64,000 nucleotides of DNA, from contig JAKLFA010000004.1 in assembly GCA_022711395.1 (NCBI GenBank), forward strand, positions 6,361 through 70,360, given 5' to 3'. Source of the stretch: Candidatus Omnitrophota bacterium (lineage in GTDB: Bacteria > Omnitrophota > Gorgyraeia > Zapsychrales > JANLHA01). The notes beneath the pieces are model-generated. The model saw nothing but the letters and a program-made list of their open reading frames with translations. It was not told the DNA's origin and made no database searches. A program made the translations under genes and the position numbers. Each line of letters opens with the position of its first letter. Position 1 is the first letter of the stretch. Below are positions 59,992 through 64,000 of the stretch, piece after piece.

Positions 59992-61200
59992 CTATTTTAA
60001 AAGATGGCCCAACTTATCCCTTTTCGTGTTGAGATATCTCTCATTATGCTGCGTCGCCTCAACCTGAAGAGGAACCCTTTCAACAACCGTAAGCCCGTAT
60101 CCTTCGAGGCCAACGATCTTTCGAGGGTTGTTCGTCAGCAAGCGGATTTTATGAATGCCCAGATCAGCCAAGATCTGCGCGCCAATACCGTAATCCCTGA
60201 GATCATCCGGAAACCCAAGGGCCTCATTGGCCTCGACAGTATCCATCCCCTGGTCCTGCAGATTGTAGGCCTTGAGCTTATTTAACAGACCAATCCCCCG
60301 GCCTTCCTGGCGCATATAAAGAATGATCCCCGATCCTTCCTGAGAGATCGCTTTCATGGAAGCGACGAGCTGTGCGCGGCAATCGCATCGCAATGACCCA
60401 AACACATCCCCCGTAAGACACTCGGACTGGACCCGCACAAGATGTGGTCTGTCATCTTTCATATCCCCCATGACCAGCGCCAAATGGGTCTGATCGTCAA
60501 TCCCGGATCGGTAACCGATCATGACAAAATTTCCATATTCCGTTGGAATGACCGCTTCCGAGACGCGCTCGATCATCTGCTCATAGGTCCGACGATATTC
60601 TATCAGATTCGCGATAGAACAAATTTTCAGTTTATGTTTCTTCGAAAATTTTACCACATCATCCGTTCTGGCCATGGTCCCGTCATCGTTCATGATCTCG
60701 CAGATCACGCCCGCCGGGTAGAGCCCAGCCAGACGGGTCAGGTCAACAGCAGCTTCCGTATGTCCCGCCCTCACTAAAACACCTCCGCGACGGGCTTCCA
60801 AAGGAAACAGATGCCCCGGCGTTTCCAGGTCGCTTGGCTTTGTAGCAGGATCAATCAAAACTTTAACTGTATGGGCACGGTCAAAAGCCGAGATCCCGGT
60901 CGTGATCCCCTGAATGGCGTCCACGGAAATCGCCCATCCTGTGCTGCTGCGCTGATGCTGTTGATGCGAAAGAATATTGTCCTTCATCGGATGAAGTCCC
61001 AACTGCCTCAAACGATCAGATTCCATCGGAACACAGATCAGGCCACGCGCATATTTTGCCATGAAATTGATCATATCTGGGGTCACGTGTTCGGCCGCGA
61101 CCAGGATGTCCCCTTCATTTTCCCGGCCTTCATCGTCCATTACGATGACCATACGGCCTTCTTTTAATTCTTCTAAAATCTCTTCGATCGGACTGAACAT
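59992..61200 (-). CDS. ribBA: Bifunctional 3,4-dihydroxy-2-butanone-4-phosphate synthase / GTP cyclohydrolase II
   Basis: 402 aa. DHBP synthase N-terminal half ([10 protein letters not shown]) and GCH-II C-terminal half (CxxGDxxxSxRCDC Zn site). Confidence 0.9.
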   Translation of the reverse strand: MFSPIEEILEELKEGRMVIVMDDEGRENEGDILVAAEHVTPDMINFMAKYARGLICVPMESDRLRQLGLHPMKDNILSHQQHQRSSTGWAISVDAIQGITTGISAFDRAHTVKVLIDPATKPSDLETPGHLFPLEARRGGVLVRAGHTEAAVDLTRLAGLYPAGVICEIMNDDGTMARTDDVVKFSKKHKLKICSIANLIEYRRTYEQMIERVSEAVIPTEYGNFVMIGYRSGIDDQTHLALVMGDMKDDRPHLVRVQSECLTGDVFGSLRCDCRAQLVASMKAISQEGSGIILYMRQEGRGIGLLNKLKAYNLQDQGMDTVEANEALGFPDDLRDYGIGAQILADLGIHKIRLLTNNPRKIVGLEGYGLTVVERVPLQVEATQHNERYLNTKRDKLGHLLK

Positions 61201-61230
61201 ATTGCTGCTCTCTTGTTAAACGGTTAGACA

Positions 61231-61260
61231 AAATAAAAAATCCCGAGAAGACTCTCGGGA
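61231..61260 (-). terminator. Intrinsic terminator (expression platform of the FMN riboswitch)
   Basis: The minus-strand RNA is UCCCGAGA-GUCU-UCUCGGGA: an 8-bp GC-rich stem with a 4-nt loop, followed by UUUUUUAUUUU. It lies between the riboswitch aptamer and the ribBA start codon. Confidence 0.6.
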
Positions 61261-61321
61261 TCATCGCAAATGAACAAGCATTCCAGGAATTCACCCGGAA
61301 CACATGGACCAACCTTTGTTC

Positions 61322-61497
61322 TTGCTACTTTCTCCCTTCTAGGCTTTAACTATTGGCTCAAGACTGATATCTGCAGTCAGATATTTCACTTGATCCGCCC
61401 TAAACCAAATATGATCTAGGGGTCGTAGGCTTCCGTAAATCTTATGCGTTTCACGGTCACTACCAGCCGGGAATTTCACCCAAATCCCGCAAATTTT
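61322..61497 (-). promoter_or_regulatory. FMN riboswitch (RFN element) controlling the rib operon
   Basis: The minus-strand RNA contains GGGAUUUGGGUGAAAUUCCCGGCUGGUAGUGACCGUGAAACGCAUAAGA...GGAUCAAGUGAAAUAUCUGACUGCAGAUAUCAGUCUUGAGCC...AGAAGGGAGAAAG. These match the conserved RFN blocks (GGGUGAAAUUCCC / CCGGCGGUAGU / GGUGAAAUUCCAAAACCGACAGU / AGUCUGGAUGGGAGAAGG) in the correct order. Confidence 0.85.
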
Positions 61498-61526
61498 GCG
61501 GAATCATCCCGAAAGTATTGAAATTA

Positions 61527-61555
61527 ATATATTTTATCCCCTCCCAAAAGTCAAG
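61527..61555 (-). promoter_or_regulatory. Candidate sigma70 promoter of the riboswitch-rib operon: TTGACT-17-TATATT
   Basis: The minus strand reads cTTGACTtttgggaggggataaaaTATATT. The -35 box is at 61550..61555 and the -10 box at 61527..61532, about 30 nt upstream of the riboswitch. Confidence 0.45.
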
Positions 61556-61619
61556 GGTATTTTAAGGACCCCCGTATTATCGCTTCCATTTTTGACGTTC
61601 CCTAGATATACTATAATCC

Positions 61620-62087
61620 ATGAAAATAGAAGAACAGATCATCTCCCTTTTGATACAGAAACAACAAACCCTCACCACGGCGGAATCCTGCACCGGAGGC
61701 CTGCTTGCCAGCCGCTTGACCGGTGTTAGCGGAGCTTCGAAAGTCTTTAAACTTGGGCTCATCACCTATAGCAATGAAGCAAAAACGCAACTTGCGGGAG
61801 TTAAAAAAAATCTGCTCAAAACAAAAGGCGCTGTGTCTGAGGATGTAGCGATCGCCTTGGCTCAAGGGACCCGAAAGCAATACGGCACGGATTTTGCCAT
61901 CGGAATTACCGGGATAGCCGGGCCGACCGGAGGAACCCGGAAAAAACCGGTCGGATTGGTCTATATTGCAGTCGCCACGAGCACGGAAACGCTCTGCCTG
62001 AAATGCCAGTTTAAGGGAACGCGTTCACAGGTCAGAAACTCCGCAGCATCCCAAGCACTGAAGCTTTTGTTGGAATTTCTTGAATAA
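61620..62087 (+). CDS. CinA C-terminal domain protein / nicotinamide-nucleotide amidohydrolase PncC-like
   Basis: 155 aa. LTTAESCTGGLLA motif. Confidence 0.8.
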   Translation: MKIEEQIISLLIQKQQTLTTAESCTGGLLASRLTGVSGASKVFKLGLITYSNEAKTQLAGVKKNLLKTKGAVSEDVAIALAQGTRKQYGTDFAIGITGIAGPTGGTRKKPVGLVYIAVATSTETLCLKCQFKGTRSQVRNSAASQALKLLLEFLE

Positions 62088-62093
62088 AGACAC

Positions 62094-62675
62094 ATGACAC
62101 CGGACACAGGACACAAGAGCATCCGCTGTTTTTTGGCCTTGACCATACCCAAAGAAGCTCAAAACGGGCTTGCCGGCATCCAGAAATCCCTTGAAGACAA
62201 CGGAGCCAAGGCTCGCTGGGTTAAACCTGAAAATATCCACATCACCTTACGATTTCTAGGGGACCGATCCTTTAAAAAGGTCCGGGCTATTGCGGAAAGC
62301 CTTGCGTCATTCTGTCCAGATACCCAATCCTTTAAAATCACTTCTGATCGTTTAGATGGATTCCCCGACATCAATAACCCAAAAGTCGTCTGGGCTGGGA
62401 TTTCTGAAGGTGAACGCAGCATCCTTGCACTCTATCACGCTGTAAACGAAGCGCTTGCCAGGCTGGGGATCCCAAAGGAACGCGAGGCTTTTATCCCTCA
62501 TTTAACGATCGCGCGCTGCAAGACCATACAGGAGTCCTGCTCGACCTCCCAGGCGGCAAAAAGATTCCGTTTCTCTCCGATCCAGACCATGGCCGCATCG
62601 ATCGCGTTTTACAAAAGCACCCTCACCAGCGATGGCGCAATGTACGAGTTGATTCAGGAATGTTCTTTAAAATAG
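62094..62675 (+). CDS. thpR: RNA 2',3'-cyclic phosphodiesterase (2H family, ThpR/LigT)
   Basis: 193 aa. Two HxT/S motifs (HITLRFLG and HLTIARC). Confidence 0.8.
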   Translation: MTPDTGHKSIRCFLALTIPKEAQNGLAGIQKSLEDNGAKARWVKPENIHITLRFLGDRSFKKVRAIAESLASFCPDTQSFKITSDRLDGFPDINNPKVVWAGISEGERSILALYHAVNEALARLGIPKEREAFIPHLTIARCKTIQESCSTSQAAKRFRFSPIQTMAASIAFYKSTLTSDGAMYELIQECSLK

Positions 62676-63421
62676 GATCCGTCTCGGATGAAGCGGAAAT
62701 ACAGGACATATCCCACAACGGCAAGTGAAACCCATTGAAACGACGTGAGCCCATGATACAACGGATGGCCATTCCTCAAAAATTCTTCAAAGAATCGAAA
62801 CAAGAAATAAAACAGCATGAATACCGCGAACAGAATTCCAGGGGTTCTCACGCGTTTCTGAAAAGCAGTTAAAACAAAAAACAGGATTAAACAAAAAAGG
62901 CTTTCGTAAAGTTGGGTCGGGTGGCGCAAGATCCCGTCTCCAAAATCCACCCCCCAGGGAAGCGTTGTCGGTTTACCGAAACAACACCCCTGAAAAAAAC
63001 ATCCCAGCCGGCCGATCGCGATTCCCAAAGCAAGCGGCGCAGCCAATACATTCCCGGTTCGAGATCGAACCCCCAGCCTTTTTTTCATCCACTCCACGGC
63101 CAGTGTTCCACCGATCAAACCGCCCACGATCGTCCGCCCGGACAAAAGCAGCCGTACATCTGGAAATGACCGGACGATCTCTTGCCAATTCATGATCCAG
63201 ACCGGCAATTTCGCCCCGGCCACTCCTCCGGCAAGCGCTGCAATCACCACAAAGAACAGCCGTTCATCCACCGGCTGGCTACGTTTAATATTGTTCCAGA
63301 TAAAAAATAATGCTGTCATAACGGCTAAAGATAAAAAAAATGGATAGGCAGGGAAAGAAACTTCTCGGAACTGAAACAGGACCGGACAAACACCCCAGTG
63401 ATCTGATGTCGCATGCGTCAC
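62654..63421 (-). CDS. lgt: Prolipoprotein diacylglyceryl transferase
   Basis: 255 aa. Lgt signature region (GRLGCFFQGCCFGKPT..PWGV, HPTQLYESL). Confidence 0.85.
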   Translation of the reverse strand: MTHATSDHWGVCPVLFQFREVSFPAYPFFLSLAVMTALFFIWNNIKRSQPVDERLFFVVIAALAGGVAGAKLPVWIMNWQEIVRSFPDVRLLLSGRTIVGGLIGGTLAVEWMKKRLGVRSRTGNVLAAPLALGIAIGRLGCFFQGCCFGKPTTLPWGVDFGDGILRHPTQLYESLFCLILFFVLTAFQKRVRTPGILFAVFMLFYFLFRFFEEFLRNGHPLYHGLTSFQWVSLAVVGYVLYFRFIRDGSYFKEHS

Positions 63422-63840
63422 GGTGAAATCCTTTTTCGCTGAAATAAAAATTTATAGATCTGCAACCCCGTGCAGTATCCCAACGCCCCCGCAGTCTTCA
63501 CGACAGCGATCACAAAAACGATCCGCCATCCGATCCGCTCATCAATGGCATAAACGAACAAAATCAGAATGATGTGAATGAGCGCCCCTAACCCCTGAGC
63601 AAATGCAATTCCCTCCTCATCAAGCTCTTCTGATCTTGAGGACGGAAACCATTTCCCTAACGTCTTTCCATAAATGACAACCAGCGGAGATCTTCGAACT
63701 TTAAGAACGGCTCCGGCCAATAAAATGATCAAATTCAAAAACAAAAACCATTTGATCCTCAAAAAAAATGACAGCCATAAAATTGCCGCGATAGTCCACC
63801 GGCAAAATCTAAACCCATTTTTCGATACGTTAACCGTCAT
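63418..63840 (-). CDS. Hypothetical multi-TM membrane protein
   Basis: 140 aa with 3-4 TM helices. Overlaps the lgt start by 4 bp. Confidence 0.4.
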   Translation of the reverse strand: MTVNVSKNGFRFCRWTIAAILWLSFFLRIKWFLFLNLIILLAGAVLKVRRSPLVVIYGKTLGKWFPSSRSEELDEEGIAFAQGLGALIHIILILFVYAIDERIGWRIVFVIAVVKTAGALGYCTGLQIYKFLFQRKRISP

Positions 63841-64000
63841 CGCGATCCTCCTTTCCCAAAACGTGGAATAAACATGCCGACATTCTTTTTATACTCAGCA
63901 TACTTCTCAAAAAACTGCCCTAACATTTGCTCTTCCTGATGCGCCCGATAATACATGAACGGAACAAAAACCGCTGTCGTGGCTAGAAACCCGCCGAAAT
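63837..64000 (-). CDS. Isoprenylcysteine carboxyl methyltransferase (ICMT/PEMT) family protein, C-terminal fragment (gene runs off the window end)
   Basis: Manual translation of the minus strand gives ...FGGFLATTAVFVPFMYYRAHQEEQMLGQFFEKYAEYKKNVGMFIPRFGKGGSR*. The EE..L..FG..Y..Y...V.R.IP C-terminal pattern is characteristic of the ICMT/PEMT family. The stop overlaps the downstream start as ATGA. Confidence 0.5.
   Translation of the reverse strand, partial: FGGFLATTAVFVPFMYYRAHQEEQMLGQFFEKYAEYKKNVGMFIPRFGKGGSR

Overview
This is a 64 kb bacterial chromosomal window at roughly 50% GC, coded almost entirely on the minus strand, and most of it is conserved housekeeping. From low to high coordinates it contains: (1) a stand-alone secretin module (ExeA-like AAA ATPase, a GspB/ExeB-like membrane protein, a GspD/PilQ-family secretin and a partial secreted protein) next to an AT-rich repeat-bearing promoter region. 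(2) A glycosylation cluster (two GT2 enzymes, a SAM methyltransferase, a DUF2304-like protein, an odd ATP-synthase-delta/OSCP-like small membrane protein and an S41 protease). (3) A secreted EF-hand protein, an LplA-family ligase and the complete glycine cleavage operon gcvT-H-PA-PB, preceded by an ArsB/NhaD-type permease and a PTS-EIIA/CBS regulator. (4) tRNA-Arg(TCG), xseA/xseB, a SixA-like phosphatase / Macro domain / B-box-TM2 membrane protein operon, and two tandem MORN(YwqK)-repeat proteins. (5) A complete dcw cluster (mraZ, rsmH, ftsL, ftsI, murE, murF, mraY, murD, ftsW, murG, an inserted HExxH protein, murC, ddl, ftsQ, ftsA) that ends without ftsZ. Its promoter region carries a textbook triple 10-bp-periodic MraZ operator. 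(6) ribF, truB, nrnA, rbfA, a CCA-NTase, xerD, ligA, acyP and tRNA-Pro(CGG). (7) An unusual ~880 bp AT-rich ORF-free region with a long inverted repeat, followed by an ECF sigma / ZAS anti-sigma pair convergent on a bacterial alternative-oxidase (AOX)-like diiron gene. That gene is co-transcribed with a CheY-like receiver, a Na/Pi-PhoU transporter and a PilZ protein. (8) fabF-fabG-fabZ and a riboflavin operon (ribBA-ribH-nusB-PHP-ribD-ribE) preceded by a clear FMN riboswitch with an intrinsic terminator. Then come cinA-C/pncC, thpR, lgt and a partial ICMT-family gene. No CRISPR array, prophage or defense island is evident. The most unusual loci are the AOX redox module, the ftsZ-less dcw end with the embedded zincin, the AT-rich inverted-repeat region and the isolated ExeA-ExeB-secretin unit.
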